A DNA stretch of 64,000 nucleotides from Octopus vulgaris (lineage: Eukaryota), in contig OX597820.1 of NCBI GenBank assembly GCA_951406725.2, forward strand, positions 33,480,001-33,544,000. Reading direction: 5' to 3'. The notes below the pieces were generated by a model. That model was not told the DNA's origin. It worked only from the letters and a program-made list of their open reading frames with translations, and did no database searches. Positions 1 through 12,719 of the stretch are shown here, piece by piece. The position numbers and the translations under genes are program-made. Position 1 is the first letter of the stretch. Each line of letters opens with the position of its first letter.

Positions 1-243
1 CTTTGTCTCCATTCATGTTGCAGGCCACCATCAAGGTCACACGGTCCTTTGCCGTCTTAAAGCTCCTTACAGTTTTCTTGAAACTCTCGTTGACATATGT
101 ATTTCTTGGTAATGCATGAAAGTAGATCCCAGTTTCATCAGCATTGTAGATGTCCTGTGGCTGAAACGATTTCAACAGAAACTGTATGGTTGTCTCACAA
201 AATTGATGGGCTCCCTCGACGTCAGCTTTAGCCATATCACCAG
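1..243 (-). pseudogene. pogo/Tigger (DDE_1) transposase fragment
   Basis: Minus-strand translation QPQDIYNADETGIYFHALP...KTAKDRVTLMVACNMNGDK, the typical Tigger first-Asp motif; runs off the window start. Confidence 0.8.
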
Positions 244-412
244 CAAAGTTCACCAAGATGCTTCAAAAATGATAAAATGCTTCCGATTCAGTACGACTTT
301 TCAACCAATGCTTGGATGACTGAAAATTCTATATATGGAAGATGGCTCAGATCTTGGGATCGTCTTTTGCAGGAATCTAGAAGACAAGAGGTGGTCCTAC
401 TTGACAAATGCT
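244..412 (+). pseudogene. pogo/Tigger transposase fragment (downstream part, inverted relative to 1-243)
   Basis: Plus-strand SPRCFKNDKMLPIQY..NAWMT...WLRSWD...RRQEVVLLDKC matches the PRCFK/AWMT/LLDN region of DDE_1. Confidence 0.75.
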
Positions 413-900
413 TTTCTCATATAGTTATCGGCGATCTGATCCAAGCAGTATTTTGTCATTTCTTTCATTGAGTACTCAATCACATCATCGTCATAGAATA
501 GCTCAAATAATTCCACTTCATTAAAATCCCTGTATTTTGAATAGTTACACCCAGGAAAAACGGAGGGCATCACTTGTATTTTAGCCTTTTTCCAAGTAAT
601 TTGGCATTTTTTTCTTTTTTTTCCCCGCACATGAAGCCTGTCCAGTTTCAGCAGAACTTTCTTTCTGTGCCATTTCGTTATCTTTTATTTTCGTACTTCG
701 TGATTGCAACACTGTAGGGGCGCGAAGTTGGTTACCTGAGAGATGTTGAGTGTGTTGAACGGTGTCAGCAGCTTCTTTTCCTGAATCCTCATCTGTCAAT
801 TCAATAACTTCCGGAGGTTCAATGAAAATATCATATTAGCCGTCATCTTCCTATTCAAGAATACTCAAAATTTCATTTAAAGACTGTTCACGTTTCCTGA
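413..900 (-). pseudogene. piggyBac (PGBD3-like) transposase N-terminal relic
   Basis: DIFIEPPEVIELTDEDSG...LSGNQLRAP and VELFELFYDDDVIEY motifs; stops and frameshifts. Confidence 0.65.
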
Positions 901-919
901 AAAAAATACACAATAGTGA

Positions 920-1141
920 AAAACTAGAAACTTTAGCACTCAGATGTGCAGACTTCCACCAAGCAGCATGCCCCTCTCCTATCCCCATAGTTTGGTTTAC
1001 ACTGGATCACCTCCAAACTCTAAACATGTGTTCCTTGAACATTTCCTGAAAATTTAATCAAAATCCATCCATAACTCTTACATTTATGTTGCTAACAAAC
1101 AGACGCCGGCGAAAACATAGCATCTTTGGCGGAGGTAATAA
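920..1141 (-). mobile_element. Helentron/HINE-like non-autonomous element
   Basis: On the minus strand it begins ttattacctccgccaa, has the inverted subterminal copy ttggtggaagt, a 3' hairpin gcacatctgagtgc and a ctagttttt end. Confidence 0.45.
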
Positions 1142-1556
1142 CACATATAATAAGAGAAACTTATGCCTCCATTGTTGAAAGTTCATGTTCAAAAGAAAAA
1201 ACCCAAAAATATAGGAAATAGCACATGTTGTACTGTGTATTTTCTCGCGGTGCCATATGGCACAGTAAAATAATTCAACAAAACAAACGTTACTGCAATA
1301 GATCTTATGCGAACACATACAATTCTAATTATAATTCTAGACTATATGAATCAAAATGCCAAGAAGTTATTAATTCAATGCTTAAATGTTGTAGAAAGTA
1401 TAGCGCTAAATCCTAGTATAACATCTAAAGAAAATAAAAAAACAGAAAAAAAAACAAAGAAAGATAAAAAAGGAAAAGAGAGTAAAGGAGTGGTAAAGTA
1501 GCAGAAGGTGGATGTCAGAGGACAATTGACTACACACCCCGGAACAAATGACGTGC

Positions 1557-1765
1557 TCAACCGCGCCACGTAATTATGGCCGTGATGGCATTGCCGCGGA
1601 GAACGGCCAACGAAATACGTTGCCGCAGCCACTTTACCTCGCAGGGCTCATTTCTCTGACGGGTCGCCGTTATCTCGATTTTGCCGAGGGAATCGGTCGT
1701 ACGGGATCCTAGAACACCTGACACCTCGATGGCGATCGGCACAAACGGGTAGCGGCCATTCATAT
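1557..1765 (-). pseudogene. CRE/SLACS-like non-LTR retrotransposon C-terminal (restriction-like endonuclease) fragment
   Basis: FVPIAIEVSGVLG...WLRQRISLAVLRGNA motif typical of the C-terminus of CRE-clade RLE proteins; GC-rich island. Confidence 0.6.
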
Positions 1766-1801
1766 CCCTATATCAATCGATTGTTCTCTCCTTCGCGTTA
1801 C

Positions 1802-2118
1802 GGGTGGTTCCCAACTGAGGTCCACATGACCCCCTAGGGGTCCATGTAAGCTTTTGGGAGTCCACATAAGCAAAGTAGTAAGTTAGGTCCCAAATAATAT
1901 TTCATGGGTGCATGAAAAATTTTTCTTTAGATGTATTTAATGCAAGAAAAAGCTAGGTTTCAACCTTAACAAGAAAATGAGTGATAAAAAGGAAGAATAA
2001 TTTTGAAAGAAGTATCTATTACACCAGTTTTCAAACATTGAATAGCTATGGGGGTCCACCAGGATAAAATAGAAATCAAAGGGTTCCTTAGATTTTTAAA
2101 AAATGGTTGAGAACCACT
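1802..2118. mobile_element. hAT (Charlie-like) MITE
   Basis: Imperfect terminal inverted repeats gtggttcccaac / gttgagaaccac, with ggggtcc internal motifs. Confidence 0.55.
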
Positions 2119-2391
2119 TTTCTAAAATGATACCGCATGTTTTGCTTGTCCGTGTTCTGTTTCATAATGTACACCCATGCTTATAATATTTTCATGTGGG
2201 ATTTAAAACAATACAAATTAATGTTTTGTGACGTATATTTGCCATTTAAATATGGCTAACCCCTAAGGGTCGATGCTACTGTAGTTTGTAGCCCCAGGAG
2301 GACACCTCCTCCAGCTGGCTATAGACACACTTTCTGTGCCCTATCAGTATTTGCAAAGGGAAGCCATCCTTCCCATCTCCAACTTATGATA

Positions 2392-2436
2392 CACACAAAC
2401 TCGAGTTTCTGGATATTTACCCGTCATCGGTGTGTG
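2392..2436 (-). ncRNA. Type I hammerhead ribozyme motif (CCGAUGA core variant)
   Basis: rc: cacaca-CCGATGA-cgggtaaatatcca-GAAAC-tcga-GTT-tgtgtg; 6-bp stem I, palindromic stem III ACTCGAGT. Confidence 0.6.
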
Positions 2437-2585
2437 ACAATCACAGTTGTCGATGAAAAGTAGGTTCCCTTCACAAATACTTTGTTATTGTTTTAAGATT
2501 TTAAATAAACTTCGTAAAATAGCTCACGCGCACACATACGCACATATACGTACATATAAATACTCAGATATACGTACGTATATAT

Positions 2586-2625
<40 letters not shown>

Positions 2626-2978
2626 CCAAGAAAGTTAGGGGTTGTGGGTCCAACCCACTAAGGGATAATAGTTATCCAATATACTGATGGTATAATACCC
2701 AATTATTAATGCACAAGTGTTTTTAATTGCATTGCAATTAACTTACCTATCTTATTAAATGGGTGAAGGTAAAGAGATATTTTACCATTAATTTATATTG
2801 CAAATAAGAAAATGGAGAAGCACAATAGTTGGTTCATCAACTTTAGGACATTAAAATGTTAACTTATTTTTTTATTAAAATGATAATTATAATAGCATAC
2901 ATACATATAGTATATTATTCTATGCGTATAAAATAAGAATACAAGCAATTATTAAAAAATATGAATATAAATGATTAA

Positions 2979-3106
2979 AATCACTTACAGCTGTTTCAGC
3001 CTATAGATAAAAGCATCTCATTCTGCCTATATTAGTCAAATGTATTGAGGTAATAGGCAGTTGAAAATTAGATACTTATATATATCTCTAGGCCTCGTCA
3101 GAGATT
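2979..3106 (-). ncRNA. Type I hammerhead ribozyme with long stem II, in a PLE 3' fragment (~2622-3360) abutting (TA)n
   Basis: rc: aatct-CTGACGA-ggcctag...taggct-GAAAC-agct-GTA-agtgatt; palindromic stem III ACAGCTGT. Confidence 0.65.
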
Positions 3107-3365
3107 ATAAAGTACAATCATAAAAATATAAATACATACATAGTATTTATATCAAAGCCGCCAATGCAGAATTAAGCATTAATAATTAATAGATTTCTTT
3201 CTATAAGACAATAGAATGTGTGTAGAGTCATATATAACTTTACATACGTTAGATATCTGCACACCTCCAGTAATACAGGTATACATATACACGCACTAAT
3301 CTATGGACGATTACACAGCTAAAATTGTATTCATATATAATTAAGTAGTTGCAAATAGAATATTA

Positions 3366-4667
3366 TATTGAGTTGGCAACTAAGTTCCCGGCGTTTTTTT
3401 TTAAATTTTGGAATTTATCGTGTTTTTAAATTTTGGAATCTATTTTTTTCGAGAATTCTGTTTTTGAATCATTTTGGAATCTATTTTGTTTTTGTTTTTG
3501 TTTTTTCTAATTAATTTTAGTTAATTTTCGTTTATTTTTAGATCATTAAAATGGAATGTCAAGTTAAGAAAAACCAGCATTTTCGACAACTCCTTTTTGC
3601 TTTTAATCACTGTTCTAAGGCCGCAAAAGCTGCTCGCGACCTTTGTACTGTGTATAGAGAGGGTGCCATAGCTGAAAGAACCGCTTGTGATTGGTATGCC
3701 AAGTTCAAAAATGGAAATTTTGACCTCAAAGACGCACCTCGTTCTGGCCGTCCAGTTGAGTTCGATGAAGAGCGATTAAACCAACTTTTGCACGAAAATT
3801 ATTGTCAAACGACAAGGGAACTGGTAGAGAAAATGGAATGCTCCTACACTGCTATAGAGAAGCATCTTCACTCGATGGGAAAGGTTCAGGTGTATGGAGC
3901 ATGGGTTCCGCATGCTTTCAGTGAAACAACAAAAATCAACGAACCACAATCTCCGCTGGTTTGCTTGCTCGTCACCGCTCAACTCATGGACACAAGCAGC
4001 GATTTCTTTACCGAATCGTTTCTGGTGACGAAAAATGGTGCCTGTACATCAATATGAAGCAGCGTAAGGAATGGCTTAGCCCCTGTAAACAAGCGATACC
4101 GTGCGTGAAACAAGATCTTCATCCGCATAAAACGATGTTGTGCATATGGTGGGACTGGAAGAGATTACCCATTACGAATTGCTTGAACGAAACCAAACGG
4201 TCAACGTGGAACTCTATGTTCAATAGATGGAACGACTCAACACGGCTATTCAAGAGAAAAGACCTAATCGGCAGCATGGAGTTCTGCTGCACGACAACGC
4301 CCGCCCTCATATCGCCAATACGATCAAGGAAATCATTCAAATGCATGGCTGGGAAGTGCTGCCACACAGGCCGTACTCTCCTGATTTGGCACCAACGGAT
4401 TTCCACCTCTTTCGATCTCTTTCAAATGCTATGCACGGAGTTTCGTTCAATACTGATGCAGAATTGAGAGCTTGATTGGATCAATTTTTCGAGTCGAAAT
4501 CGGGTGATTTCTACCAACGAGGTATTGAAAATCTTGTTGAACATTGGGAAGAAGTTGTAAACAACAAGGGTGAATGCATTATTGATTAATTAGTTGTTAT
4601 TTTTTATTAAACCTTTTAAAATATTCAAATTTTTTAAAATAGCGGGAATTTAGTTGCCAACCCAATA
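3366..4667 (+). mobile_element. mariner (DD34D) transposon, full length, frameshifted transposase (~3551-4588)
   Basis: TIRs tattgagttggcaactaagttccc / gggaatttagttgccaacccaata with TA flanks; WVPH, GDEKW, HDNARPH and YSPDLAPTD motifs split over several frames. Confidence 0.95.
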
Positions 4668-5360
4668 TATTCGTGCCCTACAACGCAATTACGATAATAA
4701 ACTAAACACTAAATTTATCCAGTTCGACAGCTGTAGTTATCATTCCTCTATCAATCCTATCATCCTTAATTAAGCTCTATGGTTCGCACATAATAAAGCC
4801 GGACTAACCCGTGACGAAATCCTTATGTTTTTTCAAATATTATCTACCCATTACTTAATAATTTTCTACAAATTATCTTTTCGTTATTCTTCTATCTCAC
4901 TTCCCATAATATTTATTCCTCCTTTTTCTCTCTCTTCTTACCTTTATCTCTTCAATTTTGCTCGTTGCTTTCTCCTCTCTTCCCTTTTTATTTTGTTTTC
5001 TCTACCCCCCCGCCCCATTGCTATCTTTCTATACCCTTTCTTCTTTTCTCGCACTAGGAAGTATATTTCCTTAACGACACTTTAAAATTTTTAGCGTTCC
5101 CTCAATACTTGGCTTTCCATATATGTATATGCGTATATATATGGTTTTGCTCTTGTATGTATGCTACGTTTGTATACAAACGTGTATATGTGCTTCAGTA
5201 AATGTGTATCTGTGTATGTAAGTAAGTGTTTGCGTCTATATATATTTTGCGAAGTGTATGCTTTTGTGCGTATATGTATGTGAGTGTGTATATGTTTGCA
5301 TACATGTTCGTGCTGGTAAAACATAAATATGATAGATATGTATATATATGCGTGTGCGTA

Positions 5361-5407
<47 letters not shown>

Positions 5408-5430
5408 TTGTATATATATGTATATATGTA

Positions 5431-5489
<59 letters not shown>

Positions 5490-5493
<4 letters not shown>

Positions 5494-6065
5494 GTTGAAA
5501 TTATAATTCATCTCTCTCTATTTAATGCTTCGGATTTTACCGAAAAAGCATAGTGTTTGCTGATTTTAACCCACGCTGGTGGAAAGGGGAGAGCAGAAAT
5601 TCTTCGCTTGCATATTTTGAGTTTGCTGGCACTGATAGTTCGAGCAGACCTTCAGAAGCGATAAGAAGCCGAAAGGGCATGCTCCCACTTTCAGTGTTTT
5701 CAAATCCAAACCAAGGAGTTCTGAGCTGACGAAAGAAATGTCGATTTGACTAATCTAGAAACGTACGTTCTCAAATAACCTTTGCATTTGATTTTTTAAT
5801 GTCTTTACCCCCATACTTTCGTGAGTTGAATTGAGCAAACACTATATGAGAGAGATTTTCTTTAAGTATTAGAAATAGTTTTAAAAAAGTTTTTTTTGGC
5901 TACTATTTCTAATGAGTTCAGTATGTGGCAAAGTAATTTATTTTACTAAGCCCTTTTATATAATGTAATAATTTGAATTCGCCTTAAATGGTCCCTTTGC
6001 ATACTGAATACTTGGTGAAATTGATTAATAATTAATTAATTTTACCCTCAATTGTTGAAATTATA
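5490..6065 (+). mobile_element. Non-coding HHR-bearing retrozyme-like/PLE-derived unit (560-bp period) between (TA)n tracts
   Basis: 16-bp terminal redundancy aattgttgaaattata at 5490-5505 and 6050-6065; internal HHR; no ORF. Confidence 0.6.
5722..5773 (+). ncRNA. Type I hammerhead ribozyme
   Basis: tgag-CTGACGA-aag...cta-GAAAC-gtac-GTT-ctca; palindromic stem III ACGTACGT. Confidence 0.65.
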
Positions 6066-6080
6066 TATATATATATATAT

Positions 6081-6280
6081 AACGGCAAAGTTTACGAAAA
6101 TAAACAAAAGACGAAGGCAGGTGGAGTACAAACAAACAAATGTATTAGTATAGCGCTCAGGAATGGAAATAGAAAAAGTCTTTTACGTTTCGAGCCTACG
6201 CTCTTCGACAGAAAGATACACAGAAAAAAAAAGACAAGGAGAGAAACAAGGAGAGGAAAAAATGCGTGTAGGAGCTATAG
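6081..6280 (-). mobile_element. PLE 3' end fragment with minimal HHR-like motif (6179-6216)
   Basis: rc tcttt-CTGTCGA-agagcgtaggctc-GAAAC-GTA-aaaga; same family as 38221-38470 and 40100-40800; abuts (TA)n. Confidence 0.65.
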
Positions 6281-6287
6281 ATGTTTG

Positions 6288-6647
6288 TGTATGCATGTTG
6301 CATATATGCAAGTGTATACGTCACATTTTCTAGCGTTTCCTATATCTGTGAAAATGTCTATTTTATGAGTGTTGTTTATATCTTCCCTGATAAGATTGAT
6401 ACTTAACTGACCATAATTCTTTTTGTTGGACGTATTTTGAATGCATCCATCAAAACATATATAGGAGATATGCAGATATAAATGTTTTCATAGCAACCTG
6501 AGCGCTTGTCTCCTCTATCAATATTTCCTATTTTCTCTTAAATACGACTTACTTATCCCGAATCAAACCCCACACAAGGGTGATCATTGTTTCCTAGGAC
6601 ACATAAGCAACATTTAGCTACGTTGTAATTATTGCCTTGGATCGTTC

Positions 6648-6728
<81 letters not shown>

Positions 6729-7280
6729 CCCGTGTGTGTGTGTGTGTGTGTTTATATATTCATGTATGTATGTATATATACGTATGGAATATTTAAGCGC
6801 ACATATACATACACACGTACAGATATGCACACAAACAATTCACACATTATTCTATGAAAATCAACAGCTGTTTCTATTGAGTTACTAATATATAAACGAT
6901 CTCCTTCTCTCGCCCTCCTCCTTTTGAACAGAACCAAACACAATTTTATTTATTCATCAGTTGATACCATCTGCCGTTCGATCCATACTTCTTTATTGGT
7001 TGATGTTGTTGTTGTTGTTGTTGTTCTTCTTCTTCTTCTTCTTCTTCTTCTTCTTCTTTTTCTTCTTCTTGTCGTTGTTGTTGTTGTTATTATTTTATCT
7101 TTTTTTATATCTTTATTGTGATCAATAGCGTCGTACATAAAAAAGTTTATAACTGTGTAAGCAGTACATTTCCTTCATTACACACCTACACACACACGCG
7201 CGCACACATATACACACACAGACGAATTGTATGAAATCGTATTTATCATTATTTATCATAATTTATCATACATACATACA
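6288..7280 (+). repeat. Local segmental duplication, copy 1 (uninterrupted)
   Basis: Near-identical to 14183-14567 + ~17600-17900 + ~21818-22010. Confidence 0.9.
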
Positions 7281-7360
7281 TGCATACATACATACATACA
7301 TACATACATACATACATACATACATACATACATACATACATACATACATACATACATACA

Positions 7361-10300
7361 TGATGGCCGCCCACTCGTGACCGAGTAAAACCATTGCCGA
7401 CCTTCAGGAACATTGTGCGCTCTAGGACTAACTTATATTTTGCATTTGCGGTTCCGTTGGTGGCTAATGAGCCCTGCTCTTGACAAGCATACACGACTGC
7501 AAACATTGCAGACCAAGCTTTCCCCATTCACTATACGAGCCGTGCGCTTTCGTGCAGCTCGCTTAAGTTCTTCATGCTGGATACGTGCTCTCTCAAAAGT
7601 GTCGATCCCCTCCTTAACCTGCTTCCGCCATCTGTGGCATTGTTCTCCCAGTCAGTGTCCTGCATATCACAGGCCTTTAATGAGGACTTGACACAGTCCT
7701 TAAATCGCAGACTTGGTTTCTGCCGGAGTCTCCTTCCATTCACAAGTTCTCCATAGAGCATCTGCTTAGGAATCCTTCTATCCTCGATTCTAATAAGGTG
7801 TCCAGTCCAACGCAACCGGTGCTTGTGCACCATCGCCTCAATACTCAAGATATCAGCTGTTCTCAGGACCTGTGTGTCTGGAATGTTTGAGGTCCAGCCA
7901 ACATTGAGAATGTGTCTGAGACATCTCTGATGAACGCGTTCAAGGACCCTTACCTGACGTTTGTACAGAGTCAATGTCTCACATGAGTAGAGGAGCGATG
8001 TCAGTACACATGCACGGTACACAGCAACTTTTGTTCGCCTTGCGATGCCATGTTAGGACCAGACACGAGACTGAAGAGACCGGAGGAAATTAGTTGCTCT
8101 CTGCAACCTGAAAGATATTTCCTCATCCAGGGAGCAAGAACGGCTGAGTGTGCTGCCCAGGTAGACAAACTTGTCTACTACCTTCAGAATTGTTCCTTCA
8201 ACCAAGATAGCTGGTTCCATATATGGATTTTCTGGTGCAGGCTGGAACATTACAACAGTCTTGTCCAGGCTAATGCTGAATCCAAATGCCTTGCAAGAAG
8301 CAGAAATGCAATTCATGAGTATTTGCATGTCATCCACTGTATGAGTGACTAAGTCACAGTCATCTGCATAAAGGAGGTCACGAATAATAGACTGGGAAAC
8401 CTTTGAATTGGCAGCAAATCGGCGATGATTAAAGAGGCGGCCAGTAGATCGATATCTGACATATATTTCCAGAGAGCTAACCTTAGCAAAAGCATGAGTA
8501 AAATCAGCAGCAAAGTACAGAGAAAAGAGAGTTGGGGCAAGGATGTCACCCTGCTTGACACCATTCTCCACAGGAATGGGTCCCGCCATGGCACCACCAA
8601 CACTGACCCAAGCCTCCATCCCATCATGAAATGATTTAATTATAGATACAAAGTGATCCGAACATCCAAGTTTGCCAAGTATTTTCCATAGAAAGCCCCT
8701 ATTTACAGTATCAAAGGCCTTCGTTAAATCAATGAATACCTGGACAAGATCCATATTCTGCTCATAGCACTTCTCCTGCATCAGTTTTGCTGTGAAAATC
8801 ATATCCATTGTCCCTCTACCAGATCGGAAGCCACATTGAGATTCAGATAGGACATCATTTACGAGACACCCATTCAGACGGGTAAGAAGAATATTTGCCA
8901 GAACCTTGCCAGCAGCTGATAGTAGAGCAATACTTCTGTAGTTACCACACTTTGTTCTGGCTCCTTTTCCCTTTATATAGAGGAAGAATAATTGCATCCT
9001 TCTAGTCCTTAGTGATTGCACCATCTCTCCAGACTGCACTAATAAGTTCATGAAGGGACTGTGTGATGTAATTACCACCAAATCGCAACACAAGTTCCAT
9101 TCTTTCCAGGTGCCCTACCAAGATTCAATTTACTTATTGACGTCATTACTTCATCTACTGAGGGCGGGGAGTCTAAGGAGCCAATGATAAGTCTTTGTTG
9201 CATAGTATCAATCACTGTTTCATCCACAACTGACTCATGGTTTAGGAGTTCAGAGAAGTGTTCGATCCAGCGACCTGTGATTTCTGTTCATTTAGTAAAC
9301 AGAGTGGAAAACTCCTTGGAAAGCAAAGGAGCTGATGTGGAGCTCTTAGGTCCATAAGCTCGCTTCATAAGGTGGTAAAGCTTCTTGCTGTCATTTGCAT
9401 CAGCAGCAGCCTGAACATCACGAGCAAGATCCTCCCACCAAGTGTTCTGCATCTTCCTGAGAGATCGCTGCAGTAGTGATTTTACACTGTTATAGTGGGA
9501 AAGTGCTAGACTTCACTGCACAGTAGACAGTTCTCTGTGCAGCAACACACTGTGGGCATGGCGCTTTACCACTAATAGTCGCTGAATTTCAGCATCATTC
9601 TCATCAAACCAGTCTTTGCGTCTGGCAGTAACATATCCCAGTGTTTCGGCTGCACATTGAACAACCTGGTCTCGAAAATCTTCCCATGCTGCAGCAGTTT
9701 CAATACTGGACAAGCGAGTCTGAAGCTCTTTCCTAACCACAACATCATATACCGTGTGGACATTTAGACGGCGAGGAATGCTGACTGGTCCTCTTCTCTC
9801 TTTCGCCCTAATCACCATTCGGAACTTTGCTCGCACCAGACTGTGGTCTGTCCAGCATTCTGATCCATGCAAGGATTTGACATTACAAATGTAATAAATG
9901 TCGCGCTCGCGGATGATGACATAATCCAGCAAGTGCCAAACTTTGGACCTTGGATGCATCCATGTTGTGTGATCACCTTTGTGCACAAAATGAGTGCTTG
10001 CAATGTAAAGTCCATGTTCTTCGCAAAGCTCCAGTAGCATGAGACCATTGCTATTCATTTTCCCTACTCCAAAACGTCCTAGAGAGTTCCATGTTTGCCA
10101 GTCTGTTCCAACCCTGGCATTAAAATCCCCAAGTAGAATGACTTTATCAGAATTGGTGATTTTTCTAAGAATGGCTGTCAGCTGGGTATAAAAGATTGTT
10201 TTATCTTCATCACAGCTAGTCAAAGTAGGTGCATAGGCACTTATTAGAGTAGCAAACCGCTTACCTTTCAAGTGCAACCGTAGGGTCATTATACGTTCAT

Positions 10301-11545
10301 TTATAGGAACAGGGAGCTCTTCCAACTTCTTAAGGATATCAGATCGGACTGCAAAACCAACACCAGCCTCTCTGCGCTCCTCCTTCTGCCTTCCTTTCCA
10401 AAAAAAAGGTGTATCCACCTCCTACTTCCTCATGCTGACCATCACCTTCTATAGGAGTCTCTGAGAGTGCAACTATATCAATTTTATAACGATTCAGCTC
10501 ACGAGCAACAAGTGCAGTGCGTCTTTCAGGCCTACAATCACTCTTGTTGTCCAACAGAGTGCGCACATTCCAATATGAAATGTTTAAGTTCCGTCCAGAT
10601 TTTATAGATAAAAGACTCTTTGTTTTTCGAGCGCAGCGTGGACATCCGTCAGTCGCGCTAAACTGACCAGATATGGAAAGACAGGCAATTTTTGGTTCAC
10701 CTTTTCTAGAACCTCCCCGGTCTCCGGGTGAGTAGTGCCCTCTCCAAATGGAGCTGCTCAGATACCCATGCAGCAACCGAATCCTACCGCTGTCTTGTAC
10801 GACAAGGAGACGACTTTATATCTAGCATGGGCCGCCTACGAGCAGGTCGCTGACTACATGCTTCCAACCCGTCAGGTCTGCATGCTTCACCACCTTCCCA
10901 TCGCCGCAGGACTTCCGAATAAAAAAATAAAAATATATACTAAAAATGAAGAAAATATATACTAAAAATAAGATAAATATATATAGAGGAAAAAAATGCA
11001 CATATCGAGCAGAGGTCGGCAATGCTTGTGCAGAGTTTTAGGTCCAATAAGGCTTGCACAACACCTCATAGACCCTCTCCACTTTATTCACATTATCTAG
11101 AGACAAGCCGGAGCAAGATGTCTGGTGCCAATATGAGTCGCAGGCTCAGGGATGTTGGAGCGCCGTGATCTCTAGCACAAACCAATGATCCCCAAAATGT
11201 CCAATGCCATTCCCTGCATATCTGGTTTTATATCAGTGACCTTCTCTTAGAGACATGCTTTAACAAAAGCTGAGGGGCGCCTCACTCCCAGTGGTCTTTC
11301 AGCACGCCGGACACCATCTCGGAATTTCTGCGTACCCGTGCTAACATTTATTTGACTCTCAAGAAGTCCTCCGCCCTTTGACGGGTTTTGTTTTTCATCC
11401 CGCAGGTTGTCCAATAAACACCCTCCTCACCAAGCAAGCTTGGTGGGGTTGCCGGTTTAGTCGCCGACGACCCGACCATGCAACAGGTTGCACTGGATTA
11501 CATGTTACCAGTAGCACTCGAAAGTGACCTGACATAACATAGTGC
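7361..11545 (-). mobile_element. RTE-clade LINE (APE+RT), near full length, frameshifted, in (ATAC)n
   Basis: APE motifs WNVRTLLD..ERRTALVARELNRY.IDIVALSET, LGDFNARVG, TDH; RT motifs QCGFR, DLTKAFD, GVKQG, LYADD, YLGS; long 5' UTR; (ATGT)n 3' tail. Confidence 0.95.
11452..11529 (-). ncRNA. Candidate HDV-like ribozyme at the RTE 5' end
   Basis: rc: GGTCA..(J1/2)..CCAGT-GCA-ACCTGT-TGC-ATGGTC-GG-gtcgtcggcga-CTAA-ACCGG fits the P1/P2/P3/P1.1/P4/J4-2 order with 1-2 mismatches. Confidence 0.45.
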
Positions 11546-11684
11546 TACATACATACATACATACATACAATACATAGTTAGTATATGCGCGAGGTGACAT
11601 ACATAAAGCAAAGCCTACAAATCTGCACATACACATACATACAATACATAAATACATACATACATACATACATACATACATACA

Positions 11685-11718
<34 letters not shown>

Positions 11719-12719
11719 GTATATGCACGAGATGACATACCTAAAGCAATTTGAAACGTTTATATTAATTTAGCATTAGAATTCTTCAAGTTGTATAAAA
11801 ATAGTTATTGTCTGCATAATTCGAAAGAGAAATAAATTCTGCATAAGGTGTAAAAGATAAAAATAATTTGTATGGTATCTCTTATTATAAAAGGCAGATT
11901 TTATCTGCCTCCCTTTGTAACTTATAGAAATCTACAATATAGGATGTCTTCAATTACAATTTACCTAGCATTTTTAAGAGTAGAATGCATCGGGTCATGC
12001 CAGGTCCAGTTTTTAAAATTTAAACTCCAATTAAGCAAAATTTACAGAAAACTCACATTCTGGTGTGTATGTCAAATGCTTTTCTTAATGTGGTTTACAC
12101 CACACGCACACGCACACACACAGTATGCAACGAATAAAATGAAAGTAAATAGCGACAGAGTGATTTGAGGAAGACTAAACTGAAGGTATTTAAACCATTA
12201 CTCAAAAAATAAAAAAACATAGCAAACAGAAACAAATAAATACATAACGATTTACTCCTCACACAATTTCTTCAATTAGAGTTTACCTAAGATTTTTCAA
12301 AGTACTCCATTCGGTCATGCCATAATATATTTCTTTCAATTTCACCCCCATTTAAGACAAAATTCGAGAAAACTCAATATTTTAACATTTCACTCCGAAA
12401 GCATTGATGTACATGTGTGCGTGCGTGAGTGTGTGTGTGTGTATGTGTGTGTTTGATGGGTTGTGCGACACAGAAAGTGTGGTGTGTAAGTGAAGTGCTT
12501 TTGTTAGTGTGTGTAAAGAGACAGACAGAGTGAAAGACAGAAATAACTGAACTTTTTTTATTCACTTTTTGTAGTGAGTGACTGAGAGAGAAAAGAGAGA
12601 GAGAGGTTATGTATGTATATATGTATGTATGGCTTCAGTGACACACACACACAAAAACACATACCTACGTACACCTAAAGCACGCACACACACACACACA
12701 CAAGCGGAGCGCGAACTTC

